Virus record (IMG/VR): IMGVR_UViG_3300017756_000001 | Strand: one strand, 5' to 3' | DNA length: 64,000 nt | Source of the DNA: a virus | Shown: in pieces, positions 46,596-55,267 of the stretch | How positions within the stretch are numbered: position 1 is the stretch's first letter | Layout: each line of letters starts with the position of its first letter | The notes under the pieces: model-generated | Seen by the model: the letters and a program-made list of their open reading frames with translations, nothing else | Told to the model about the DNA's origin: nothing | Databases searched by the model: none | Translations under genes and position numbers: made by a program

Positions 46596-46996
46596 AAGTC
46601 TCCCTCCTTACGATTTTCTGAATGATGAACATCAAAACTACCACCAGGATATCTAGACTCAAGTTTTTCAACATTCATCTCAATTACTTCATCAAAGGTA
46701 GTATCAAGTGCCATACATGCCTGTGCCAGATACCAACAAATGTCACCTAGCTCACGTTTCATGTGGAAGACATTTTCTTCATTATAAGGTTTACCTTGCA
46801 GGAAGATTTTCTTTACAACTTCGGTGAACTCACCAGATTCTGCAGTCAAACCAAGTGCGGCAGTCATGAGTTGAGTGACATTGCAGTCATTGGCATCAAG
46901 TTCTCTCAAACGTGCCTCAAGAATTTTGGGATCCAAACTAGGAGCACTGGTGACTCCCTTTACAAATTCAAGATACTTTTTAGTGTCAACAGTCAT
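46592..46996 (-). CDS. mazG: MazG-like nucleotide pyrophosphohydrolase
   Basis: ALGLTAESGEFTEVVKKIFLQG ... MKRELGDICWYLAQACMALDTTFDEVIEMNVEKLESRYP. Confidence 0.92.
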   Translation of the reverse strand: MTVDTKKYLEFVKGVTSAPSLDPKILEARLRELDANDCNVTQLMTAALGLTAESGEFTEVVKKIFLQGKPYNEENVFHMKRELGDICWYLAQACMALDTTFDEVIEMNVEKLESRYPGGSFDVHHSENRKEGDL

Positions 46997-48369
46997 TAAA
47001 ACTTAAACCCCTCAAAAGATTTTTTTGATTTATCTTCGTCATTATACTCTTCTTCCTGCCCACTGTCAAGAATATCGTCCTGTGCCTTTTGCTCACAATC
47101 ATATAGTCGCATCTTGGCACGATCAATTCCGACAATAAATCTCTTGAAGATAGTCGGATCATTATATCGATTCTTCAACTGCTTCACCATTATCTGACCA
47201 AGTTGTTCAAGTTCCTCAGTGCTAATAAGGGCAAACATAAGATCAGCAGTAGCAGGGAGACCAAAGGACTCCGAAGTGTCAGTAATGTCAACATCAGAGC
47301 TACCATAACCAGAACGAGTGGTCTGCGTGGCAGATACGATAGGGACGTTTGCCTCAACAGCCAACCCTCTAAGCTCTTCTGCAATAGCCTTAATATAGCT
47401 ATATGAATTGACAGAAACACCTGACTTATACCTGCTGGAAGCACATATATTAAGGTAATCAATGAAAATAATGTCAGGTCTAAATGACTTCTTAAGTGCA
47501 AGTTCATTAAGAAGTGCCTTAAAATGTCCACTGTGTGCAGAGGCAGTAGGATATTCTTTAATTATAAGAGACCCTTGAGTTTTTTCTGCTAGTCTAGTAA
47601 CTTTATTTTCAAATGATGACCTAGGAAGGTCCGTCAAGTCCTGGATCGGGACGTTGAGAAGGTTGGCGTCAATTCGTTCAGCAATCTTCTCTTCTGCCAT
47701 CTCCATTGTAATATAGAGAACGTTTCTCCCCTGGAGCAGCACGGAGCTAGCAACATGGCACATGAATAGAGACTTGCCGACACCTGTACCAGCAAGCGCG
47801 ATGTTAAGAGTCTTGTTAGGTAAACCACCTTTCGTGATTTTGTTAAAGTATTCGAGATCGAATTCAATTTTGTCCTCCTTACGGTGATAAGATTCATATC
47901 GTTCTTCATAATCTTGTAGGTAATCATGTCCAATGTGGTTGTCAAAAGAAACAGCAAGTGCCTCAGAAAGAATGCTAGGAATAGCATCACGATTTTTCTT
48001 TTCATCATTACCATCGGCAATGTGAATAGATTCCATAAGTGCAATATAAATTGCACGATCACGACACCATTTCTCAGTGGTATCTAATAACCACTGACTC
48101 TCCACCAAAGAATTATGTAGGGAACTTACAATGTCTCTGGATTGCTTAATTTCTTCTTCAGTGAGATCAGTTCGATTATCAATCTCAATCTGAAGAGCTT
48201 CTTGAGTGATGGTGGAATTGTATTTTACAATAAAATGAACTATCTCTTGAAAGATAGTCTTTTCCGTCTTAACTTCAAAAAAGTCTGGTTGTATAAAAGG
48301 AATTACCTTTCTTGCATAGTCTTCATCAAAAACAAGGTTTCTTAGGATTGTCGTTTCGATTCTTTCCAT
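46996..48369 (-). CDS. Replicative DNA helicase (gp41/DnaB-like)
   Basis: TLNIALAGTGVGKSLFMCHVA ... IIFIDYLNICASSRYK ... SATQTTRSG. Confidence 0.93.
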   Translation of the reverse strand: MERIETTILRNLVFDEDYARKVIPFIQPDFFEVKTEKTIFQEIVHFIVKYNSTITQEALQIEIDNRTDLTEEEIKQSRDIVSSLHNSLVESQWLLDTTEKWCRDRAIYIALMESIHIADGNDEKKNRDAIPSILSEALAVSFDNHIGHDYLQDYEERYESYHRKEDKIEFDLEYFNKITKGGLPNKTLNIALAGTGVGKSLFMCHVASSVLLQGRNVLYITMEMAEEKIAERIDANLLNVPIQDLTDLPRSSFENKVTRLAEKTQGSLIIKEYPTASAHSGHFKALLNELALKKSFRPDIIFIDYLNICASSRYKSGVSVNSYSYIKAIAEELRGLAVEANVPIVSATQTTRSGYGSSDVDITDTSESFGLPATADLMFALISTEELEQLGQIMVKQLKNRYNDPTIFKRFIVGIDRAKMRLYDCEQKAQDDILDSGQEEEYNDEDKSKKSFEGFKF

Positions 48370-48479
48370 TTATTCAAATAATAATCACTTTCAGGTTCAG
48401 TAATAAGAGTCATACCCATTTTAAGGAATTGTTCACCCTTATCAGTCTCTTTAAATCTTCTTTTCTTTTCATGCTCCAT
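48342..48479 (-). CDS. 45-aa hypothetical protein (not in ORF track)
   Basis: MEHEKKRRFKETDKGEQFLKMGMTLITEPESDYYLNKWKESKRQS. Confidence 0.45.
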   Translation of the reverse strand: MEHEKKRRFKETDKGEQFLKMGMTLITEPESDYYLNKWKESKRQS

Positions 48480-49473
48480 AACTGAACTCCTGTTGTGCTA
48501 TCTTATCTAGTTTTTCCATGATTTCTTCAGTAAAATATTCTTCAGGATCTTTTAAGATTGCCTTCGCATAAACTTTTTTACCGTTCATTTCGTATCGACC
48601 AGCAGAGTTTTTCCAAAGTCCACCAATCTCACCGAGTTCAAGAAGACCATAATATCGATCAAGACCACGTTCATCGTAATACAGACGCACCGTAACATCT
48701 TTGTTCTCCTTACTTAAACGCGACTTAGCAGTCTTTGCCTTGATAAGATTTCCGACGATTTCTGTTCCATCCTTTTCTTTCTTTTTGCTGAGATAGATGA
48801 TTGTAGACGCAGCATACTTAAGTCCACTGCCTCCACCCATTTCTTTTGTAGGAACATAAGAACCGATAACATCGTAAGTGTGATTTGTAACAATCATTGG
48901 AATGTTTGCCTGACCTAACTTGAGTGTGAGCATACGAAAGGCACCTTTGATAAGTTGAGATTTGGTCATGTCCCTAACTTGTTTATCATTCAGTGCATCA
49001 GTAATCTCTTTCTCCGTGGAAAGCATCCCCAAAGAGTCTAGCACAAACATAAGAGGTTTGCGTTCATCTTCAGGTTTTTTTAGATATATATCTACTGCCT
49101 TAAGTGCCTTGCTGCGGAACTCCTCAACAGTAACGACATTTACAACTACGGTTCTTTCAAGATCTACCCCACGACTTGCGAGTAGAGACTTATTAACAGC
49201 GGCTTCAGTGTCAAAATATAAGCACATCCCATCAGGGTTAGAATCCAAAAAATTCTTGACGACAGCAAGGGAAAAAAAAGTTTTTCCAGTACTAGACTCA
49301 CCAGCAATGGCAGTAATCTTATTCCCAGATACACCGCCAAATATAGACCCTGAAACAAGTCCATTAAAAATATACGAACCTGTGTCAACATATGTTTCAG
49401 TTTCGTCAATATCTGCTGCGAGTTTTGTGTAGTCATCTCCAATCTCTTTTACTATATCTTTAAGGAAGTCCAT
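48469..49473 (-). CDS. uvsX: UvsX, RecA-like recombinase
   Basis: ITAIAGESSTGKTFFSLAVVKNF ... CLYFDTEAAVN ... LVNHTYD-like region. Confidence 0.93.
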   Translation of the reverse strand: MDFLKDIVKEIGDDYTKLAADIDETETYVDTGSYIFNGLVSGSIFGGVSGNKITAIAGESSTGKTFFSLAVVKNFLDSNPDGMCLYFDTEAAVNKSLLASRGVDLERTVVVNVVTVEEFRSKALKAVDIYLKKPEDERKPLMFVLDSLGMLSTEKEITDALNDKQVRDMTKSQLIKGAFRMLTLKLGQANIPMIVTNHTYDVIGSYVPTKEMGGGSGLKYAASTIIYLSKKKEKDGTEIVGNLIKAKTAKSRLSKENKDVTVRLYYDERGLDRYYGLLELGEIGGLWKNSAGRYEMNGKKVYAKAILKDPEEYFTEEIMEKLDKIAQQEFSYGA

Positions 49474-51974
49474 TATGCAAAAAATAATTCTAGGTTTACA
49501 GTTTTTTCAACACTCCATCCAATGGCATCAAGAATTGCCTTGAGTGGTTCTACAAAACTCTTTTCAAATTGTAGGTCATAGTCAAGGTACTTGTCAAGAC
49601 CAAGTTCTTTGGGAAAATCCTGAATAAATGAGATTACATTCTCTTGGATGATATTTGGTTTCTTCAAATAAATAAACTTAATCTTTTCACCATTATTAAT
49701 AAGAGAGTACTTATTAGTCAGTTTGTGCTCTTTTATGTAGTGATTGAAAAGAAGTGCTCCACGACAGTGAATTGGTGTTCCCTTTGCATAGATATTAGAA
49801 TGAGATCTATACTTTACAACGTCAGATACTGAACGTGGAAATGCAATCTCTTCTGGTGGAAGTTTTTTAAACTCAACACGACAATTATCGATGAATTTGA
49901 TGACATCATCTTCAGTCCCATTCATCATAAGTTTAAGACCATCTTTGATCATCTGACGACAAGGTGCCGGTGTAGATGATTTGACTGCCTCAATGCCCAT
50001 CATCTTCAGTTTTGGTTCAGTATATTGAACACCCTCACTGTTCCATACATTGAGAATATACCGTTTCTTCGCAGTCCAGATACCACGTTCGGCAATATTC
50101 TCACGTTTCATAATCATTTTTTGTTCATATGCCTGAACGTAATCCGCAAGCTTCGTATAAGATTGTTCGATGAATGGTTCCAACTTGTCTTGACAGATCT
50201 TGCCAAGTATCGAAACAATTGCTGTTTTATCGCCAGACTTACCACTAAAAAATTTATTAACAAGAGGTCCCATATTAAGATAGATGGAGTCAGTGTCAGA
50301 TGCGATGACATAATCCTCCTCCTCTGTTTGTAAAAGTTTATTTAGGTAACCATTCATACGATTTTCAATCCATCGAATTGAAACTTGACCTGAAAGAGTA
50401 ATTGCTTCAGCATTTGCCAGTTTATAATACCTAAAATACTGATTACCAATAGCACCATATGCAGAGTTGAGCTGAATCTTTCGTGCCATCTGAATGTTGT
50501 TGCACCTGGCAATTTCTTTTTCCAATGCCTTTGTCGGAGTTTTTTCATAATCTTGTTTTGCCTGAAGCATTTTCTTTTTATAGACGGTTCGATCCTTGTA
50601 GATCTTTTCCATCAGTTCTGGCAAGAACCCACGAACGTCCTTCCGATACATGGCACCATTGGCACATACCGCATTGTCCTTATACAACTCAAACGTTAGT
50701 TCTTCATTAAGTATTTTATCAACGGTAGCACTTGGGTGTCGTTCTTCAAGTAACGTCTCTGGGGAGATATTATATTGCATGATAAGATGAGGATATAGAC
50801 TGTTAAGGTCAAAACTAACCACCCAGTCATACTTTCCCGGAATCGGTTCCTTGACATATGCTCCAGCGTATTTGGAATCCTTGTCAGAACGTTCCTTTGG
50901 AGGAATTACAATATTTCTCTTCTTCAGATAGTTGTAAATGATCGTATCCCACATACGAACCTGTGAGAAGACATCCGCATAATTTGCCTTGGCATCATAT
51001 GCCATGGTAATTGCAAGTTCAATCAGTTTCATCTTGTCTTCCAGACGGTCAACAAGTTCCACGTCAATGATGTTGTACTCTACAAACTTCTGCCATCCAT
51101 TTGTATAGAAGTCCTTGAACGTATCAAACTCCGAGTGATCGAGTTTCTTCTGTCCAAGTTCAATACTGGCAATATAATCCAAACGATAGGACTCTTGTGC
51201 CTTATAAGTAAACTTCTTATAAAGATTCAGATAGTCAAGTTGAGTGACACCACCAATGTCATATGCAATATTCTTTCTACCTACAATATAAATCTCACGC
51301 TCAGTCACAAGTCCCCATGGAGAGAGTCTCTTCATGAGTTTCTCACCGAGAATACGATCAATACGTCGAACCAAATAAGGAATATCGTACAGTTCACTAT
51401 TCCAACCAGTAATGACTTCAGGTGTATTACCCTCAATCATCCACCAGTTGATAAAATCCGTCAACAGTTCATATTCTGTACGGAATCCTTTATAGATAAC
51501 GTTCTCTTGTTTATTTAGAAATTGACCCCTACCCCAAGTGCGAATTTGTTTCGTGGAGTAATCTTGAATTGTAATGAGAAGAACTTCTTCTGCGGCAGAT
51601 TCTACATCGGGGAATCCGTTCTCTGATGCAACCTCAATATCAATGGTGGCAATCTTGATCTTACTGGTATCAAACTTAATCTCTTCTTCTGGATACATCT
51701 CAGAAATATACTGATAAATGTATCGATCGTTTCCATAGATTTTAAAGTTATCTACGCCGTCATACCTTTTAATAAACTCACGACAGTCACGGACAGTTCC
51801 CGGTTCTATAGGTTCTACATGCTCACCCTGAAGAGTTTGATATTTTGTTTTTTTATTAGACTCAACAAAAAGAGTCGGGTAAAACTTCTCTCGGGTTGCG
51901 AAATGACGACCATTTTCATAACCTCGGACCAAGAAGTGATCCCCGACCATTTGAACATTAGTATAAAAACGCAT
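49473..51974 (-). CDS. Family B DNA polymerase (gp43)
   Basis: KIATIDIEVASENGFP ... VVSFDLNSLYPHLIMQYNISPETL ... KIQLNSAYGAIGNQYFRYY ... IASDTDSIYL. Confidence 0.97.
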   Translation of the reverse strand: MRFYTNVQMVGDHFLVRGYENGRHFATREKFYPTLFVESNKKTKYQTLQGEHVEPIEPGTVRDCREFIKRYDGVDNFKIYGNDRYIYQYISEMYPEEEIKFDTSKIKIATIDIEVASENGFPDVESAAEEVLLITIQDYSTKQIRTWGRGQFLNKQENVIYKGFRTEYELLTDFINWWMIEGNTPEVITGWNSELYDIPYLVRRIDRILGEKLMKRLSPWGLVTEREIYIVGRKNIAYDIGGVTQLDYLNLYKKFTYKAQESYRLDYIASIELGQKKLDHSEFDTFKDFYTNGWQKFVEYNIIDVELVDRLEDKMKLIELAITMAYDAKANYADVFSQVRMWDTIIYNYLKKRNIVIPPKERSDKDSKYAGAYVKEPIPGKYDWVVSFDLNSLYPHLIMQYNISPETLLEERHPSATVDKILNEELTFELYKDNAVCANGAMYRKDVRGFLPELMEKIYKDRTVYKKKMLQAKQDYEKTPTKALEKEIARCNNIQMARKIQLNSAYGAIGNQYFRYYKLANAEAITLSGQVSIRWIENRMNGYLNKLLQTEEEDYVIASDTDSIYLNMGPLVNKFFSGKSGDKTAIVSILGKICQDKLEPFIEQSYTKLADYVQAYEQKMIMKRENIAERGIWTAKKRYILNVWNSEGVQYTEPKLKMMGIEAVKSSTPAPCRQMIKDGLKLMMNGTEDDVIKFIDNCRVEFKKLPPEEIAFPRSVSDVVKYRSHSNIYAKGTPIHCRGALLFNHYIKEHKLTNKYSLINNGEKIKFIYLKKPNIIQENVISFIQDFPKELGLDKYLDYDLQFEKSFVEPLKAILDAIGWSVEKTVNLELFFA

Positions 51975-52282
51975 TATGCAATAGCTGCTAGATACTCATC
52001 AATAAGTTTACCGTTTGGTTCTACAAAAGTTAGAACATCTGCTGACCGAATCAAAATTTCATCTTGATTTGTAAAAGTCAACCAAGGTTCAATATATTCC
52101 TTGGTTTCACTACCGGTATTAATACCAATAACAATTCGATATGGTTTAATAACCTTGCAGTCTGGTTCTCCAATCTCACCAAACAGTTCCTGAACCTCAC
52201 CAATCAGAACTTTATCATCTCTTAATAAGATGCATTGTATGTTTTTTTCCATGGTCTTAGTTTTCTCCCAATAGTATAGCAA
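51974..52282 (-). CDS. Hypothetical protein
   Basis: 102-aa ORF. Confidence 0.55.
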   Translation of the reverse strand: MLYYWEKTKTMEKNIQCILLRDDKVLIGEVQELFGEIGEPDCKVIKPYRIVIGINTGSETKEYIEPWLTFTNQDEILIRSADVLTFVEPNGKLIDEYLAAIA

Positions 52283-52301
52283 TAAAAAAGAGGGAAGTCA
52301 A
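52273..52301 (-). promoter_or_regulatory. Promoter with -35 inside terminator hairpin
   Basis: TTGACT (52296-52301), 17 nt, TATACT (52273-52278). Confidence 0.6.
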
Positions 52302-52323
52302 CTGGATTGTGCCAGTTTTCCCT
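52284..52323 (-). terminator. Rho-independent terminator downstream of hsp20
   Basis: GAGGGAAAACTGG...CCAGTTGACTTCCCTC followed by TTTTTT on minus strand. Confidence 0.8.
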
Positions 52324-52350
52324 CTATGCGGCGACGATATTCTCTATTAT

Positions 52351-52785
52351 TTAGAGATAATCTTTTCGTTGATGATGTTCAGGAACAATCTTACCAAGTG
52401 TAACACTCAGTAACCCATCCTCAAAAGCAACTGATCTAACTTCCGTTTCATCTGAGAGGGTCCAAGATCTGGTGAAAGATCTCTGAGCCACTCCTCGGTG
52501 GACATATTCTGTTCCGGTCTCTTTGTCTTCTTTTTGTCCTTCGACAAAGAGTTTACCGTCTTGCGTGTAGACATAAACTTCTTTCTTTTTGAATCCTGCT
52601 AGTGCTAGTTCTAGTCTCGATTCTACGTTGCTAACCGTGACTAGGTTGTACGGAGGATAATTGCTTGCCGTCTCATGCAGCGTCGTGAGACGATCAAAGT
52701 AATCTTCCATACCAATACTGTTTCTATTTATAAGATCTAGAAACTGATTCAAATTGGCAGCGTTATACTTCATTAGGTTTCCCAT
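52351..52785 (-). CDS. hsp20: Hsp20 / alpha-crystallin small heat-shock protein
   Basis: PPYNLVTVSNVESRLELALAGFKKKEVYVYTQDGKLFVEG ... RGVAQRSFTRSWTLSDETEV. Confidence 0.93.
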   Translation of the reverse strand: MGNLMKYNAANLNQFLDLINRNSIGMEDYFDRLTTLHETASNYPPYNLVTVSNVESRLELALAGFKKKEVYVYTQDGKLFVEGQKEDKETGTEYVHRGVAQRSFTRSWTLSDETEVRSVAFEDGLLSVTLGKIVPEHHQRKDYL

Positions 52786-52903
52786 TGTACTTCTCCTTTT
52801 AAAGCGAGATTTGATTGTGTAGACCCCGAAGGCATCCTTTGTGGATCACGCATTAACAACAAAGTTCTTTGTGGTTAATGAAATCAAAAATATGATCCAC
52901 AAT

Positions 52904-52911
52904 TATTTATA
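52904..52911 (-). promoter_or_regulatory. T4-type late promoter motif upstream of hsp20
   Basis: TATAAATA on minus strand, with RBS AAAGGAGAA before the hsp20 ATG. Confidence 0.6.
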
Positions 52912-52921
52912 GCATGGAACA

Positions 52922-52955
52922 TAAAAAGTGAAGGTGTTGAAAACCCTCACTTTTT
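52922..52955 (-). terminator. Terminator downstream of the RuvC-like ORF
   Basis: AAAAAGTGAGGG...CCTTCACTTTTT on minus strand. Confidence 0.7.
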
Positions 52956-52998
52956 ATTACGGGTATTAATATGTGAAAAGAGTATTTTCCAGTGAATA

Positions 52999-54162
52999 CT
53001 AACGAAGACCATCCTCAACAATCATTTTCCGCAGTACATACCAGATCTTTTGAGTCATTTTATCAACTTTGGTGCGTGCTTCTTTCAATTTAGCAAGTTC
53101 TTTATATGACATTCCAACTCGAAAATCATTACAGTTACTGCTAATCTTATTAGGATCATTTTTATCTCTTTTCTTATCTGAATTTACATATTCAGATACT
53201 GTACGTCGCATCCAGTGCTTATAATTAGATGCAATAACACCTTGATTCATGTGATAAGGTTTACATCCAAGAAGATGTGCTTTGACATACTGCCAATAAG
53301 GAGGTACTTTATAGTCCTTACGAAGACGTAAGGATCCGTCAGGTCTCAGGATCGTAGTAACCAAAGTATAAATCCTATTTCTACCTTCTTTTTCAATTTT
53401 TATCTTATCTGTTTTTTTATCAACAGATAGTCCCAACGCCCGAGTCAGTTCTTCATATTCTTTAGGATATTCTTTTTGTAGATAATCTACTATAGTCGGA
53501 GTATATCCAAAAATAGAACTTCCACCATCTACTGAATATTTTTTAATCCACTTTGAAACATCATCTTCATAGTAATCAATATTTGGATCTAAACCATATC
53601 CAGAAGATTTTGCAGGATTAATATCATCGTTTCCTTCTTGAACATAATCAAATATATATTGATTCTTCTCTTGAAAGTCTTTCATTTTTGTTGGAATGAA
53701 AGTTTTTAAAGCACGAAAAGCATTTGGATCATTCAGAAGGAATTGTGCAATTGATCTGGTATCTGCTTCATCACCAGACATTCCGTATAGTTTTTTAAAT
53801 TTGGAATCATTTTTATCAACTACAAATCCACGAATCTCTTCTCCAGTTTCTTTGTTTACTCCACTAAAAAGTTTGCGGGTCTTTGGAGTAGACTTTTGAG
53901 GAAATTGTTTGATGGTTAAACCCATCTTATCAGCATTTTCTTTCAACTTTTCTAACTTATCAAAAGTATATGCTTGTGCCATAGTTTTTGCATGTGCTTC
54001 TCTCAAGTGAGCGCACTCAACTACTAAAATATCTCCACTTTGAAGTCCTGGAATTTTTAAATCAATAAGATCATCTTTTGGTCGTTTTTCATAAAACTTG
54101 TCATTACCACTGTCATAGACATGGAGTCTACCTTGACCAACGTCTGCTGTAAAAAGATTCAT
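52999..54162 (-). CDS. Unknown protein with putative RuvC/RNase H-fold N-terminal half
   Basis: TADVGQGRLHVYD ... GDILVVECAHLREAH ... SGDEADTRSIAQFLL: possible D/E/D catalytic arrangement; C-terminal 230 aa unidentified. Confidence 0.5.
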   Translation of the reverse strand: MNLFTADVGQGRLHVYDSGNDKFYEKRPKDDLIDLKIPGLQSGDILVVECAHLREAHAKTMAQAYTFDKLEKLKENADKMGLTIKQFPQKSTPKTRKLFSGVNKETGEEIRGFVVDKNDSKFKKLYGMSGDEADTRSIAQFLLNDPNAFRALKTFIPTKMKDFQEKNQYIFDYVQEGNDDINPAKSSGYGLDPNIDYYEDDVSKWIKKYSVDGGSSIFGYTPTIVDYLQKEYPKEYEELTRALGLSVDKKTDKIKIEKEGRNRIYTLVTTILRPDGSLRLRKDYKVPPYWQYVKAHLLGCKPYHMNQGVIASNYKHWMRRTVSEYVNSDKKRDKNDPNKISSNCNDFRVGMSYKELAKLKEARTKVDKMTQKIWYVLRKMIVEDGLR

Positions 54163-54240
54163 AATTTTTTCAAGTATTATATGTTGAACATCAATAAGGA
54201 TGTTATACTTTGAATACTAATAAGTATTTCTTCGGTAAGT

Positions 54241-54282
54241 ATTACGGTTTGAAAACTAACAAGAGTTTTTCGACCTGAATAC
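54241..54282 (-). repeat. Promoter-proximal repeat, copy A (42 nt)
   Basis: 37/42 identical to copy B; 24-nt perfect core TTGAAAACTAACAAGAGTTTTTCG (plus strand); hairpin GAAAACT/AGTTTTTC. Confidence 0.9.
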
Positions 54283-54302
54283 TGATTGATCCGAAGACTG
54301 AT

Positions 54303-54331
54303 ATTATAAAGTATATTCAGTCTTCTGTCAA
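54303..54331 (-). promoter_or_regulatory. Perfect consensus sigma70 promoter driving repeat A and the RuvC-like ORF; -10 flanked by a 9-bp inverted repeat
   Basis: TTGACA (54326-54331), 17 nt, TATAAT (54303-54308); GAAGACTGA (54293-54301)/TCAGTCTTC (54317-54325). Confidence 0.8.
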
Positions 54332-54345
54332 CCCGTCTGATGGAT

Positions 54346-54387
54346 ATTGCGGGTTGAAAACTAACAAGAGTTTTTCGCATTGAATAC
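54346..54387 (-). repeat. Promoter-proximal repeat, copy B (42 nt)
   Basis: 37/42 identical to copy A, offset exactly 105 bp. Confidence 0.9.
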
Positions 54388-54406
54388 CAACTGGTCAGAC
54401 TCAGTT

Positions 54407-54435
54407 ATTATAACAAATAAAAAAAGAGGTGTCTA
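54407..54435 (-). promoter_or_regulatory. sigma70 promoter driving repeat B, -35 in terminator loop
   Basis: TAGACA (54430-54435), 17 nt, TATAAT (54407-54412). Confidence 0.65.
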
Positions 54436-54442
54436 GCACCTC
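54419..54442 (-). terminator. Rho-independent terminator downstream of regA
   Basis: GAGGTG-CTAGA-CACCTC followed by TTTTTTT on minus strand. Confidence 0.8.
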
Positions 54443-54449
54443 CTGAGAC

Positions 54450-54890
54450 TTATTCGGTTTCCTCTGTACGTTTCTTCTTAGAACCAATATTATACTTGGT
54501 CTCAAGGATCCAGTCTTGCTTATCCTTATATGCAAGAACTTTAATTTGATTTAGTGGTGCAATGTCTTGAATTTTTTCTAAATTAACAATACTAATAAGA
54601 CCCCAGTCAGCAAGCAATTGAGCAATACGATTACGACGTTGAACATCGTTCTGAGTTAGATTTGCATGTTTACCATCTAATGCAAACAGTTCCTTGAAAT
54701 GCACTAAGAAATATCTTCCTTGTTTGTGCAGAATATGGCAGGACTGATAGATTTTCTTTTCCTTCCGTGACGCGACTCCGATTCTCGTCAATGTTTCTCG
54801 TACTTTGAGGAAATCATCCGGTTCGTTCAGATAAATTTCAACCATTTGTTCGGGAGACCAACTCACTTCTGGTTCTTTAACCACACTCAT
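54450..54890 (-). CDS. regA: RegA translational repressor
   Basis: LNEPDDFLKVRETLTRIGVASRKEKKIYQSCHILHKQGRYFLVHFKELFALDGK. Confidence 0.95.
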   Translation of the reverse strand: MSVVKEPEVSWSPEQMVEIYLNEPDDFLKVRETLTRIGVASRKEKKIYQSCHILHKQGRYFLVHFKELFALDGKHANLTQNDVQRRNRIAQLLADWGLISIVNLEKIQDIAPLNQIKVLAYKDKQDWILETKYNIGSKKKRTEETE

Positions 54891-55267
54891 CTTTTTCCTC
54901 CAGTTTCAAATTTCGATTTAATAAAATTAACTTGTTCTTGTGTAAGAATTTTCAAAGCCTGTTTTGCCTTTTCATTGCTATAACCATAATAACGTTTGAC
55001 ATAATCAAGATCTTTGATCTTATCTTGTCGGAGCCAGGGAGAAAATCTCTTCTTTTTCCTAACGATATTTATAAGAAAATCATATTGCATCTTCTTTGGA
55101 AGAAAGTGATACTTATTCATCTCATTAGAAAACATCAAAGTATCGATGTGCCCAGAGAAACAACGGTTCACAATATAGGGTGGATATTCCTTCTCAATAG
55201 AAGGATCTTCATCAATCAAGTGCTTCTTAGTCTGATTGATACTATTCAACCAATCTTTTAATTCCAT
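54887..55267 (-). CDS. Clamp loader small subunit (gp62-like)
   Basis: Position between regA and gp44; PPYIVNRCFSGHIDTLMFSNEMN. Confidence 0.8.
   Translation of the reverse strand: MELKDWLNSINQTKKHLIDEDPSIEKEYPPYIVNRCFSGHIDTLMFSNEMNKYHFLPKKMQYDFLINIVRKKKRFSPWLRQDKIKDLDYVKRYYGYSNEKAKQALKILTQEQVNFIKSKFETGGKR

Noticed and set aside
47190-48062. Minus-strand ORFs of 113 and 142 aa inside the gp41 helicase gene
   Set aside because: Off-frame ORFs fully contained in the well-supported helicase gene.
54241-54387. Possible CRISPR array
   Set aside because: Only two repeat copies with a 63-nt interval that itself contains a full promoter and an operator-like palindrome; no cas1/cas2. Better described as duplicated promoter-hairpin units.
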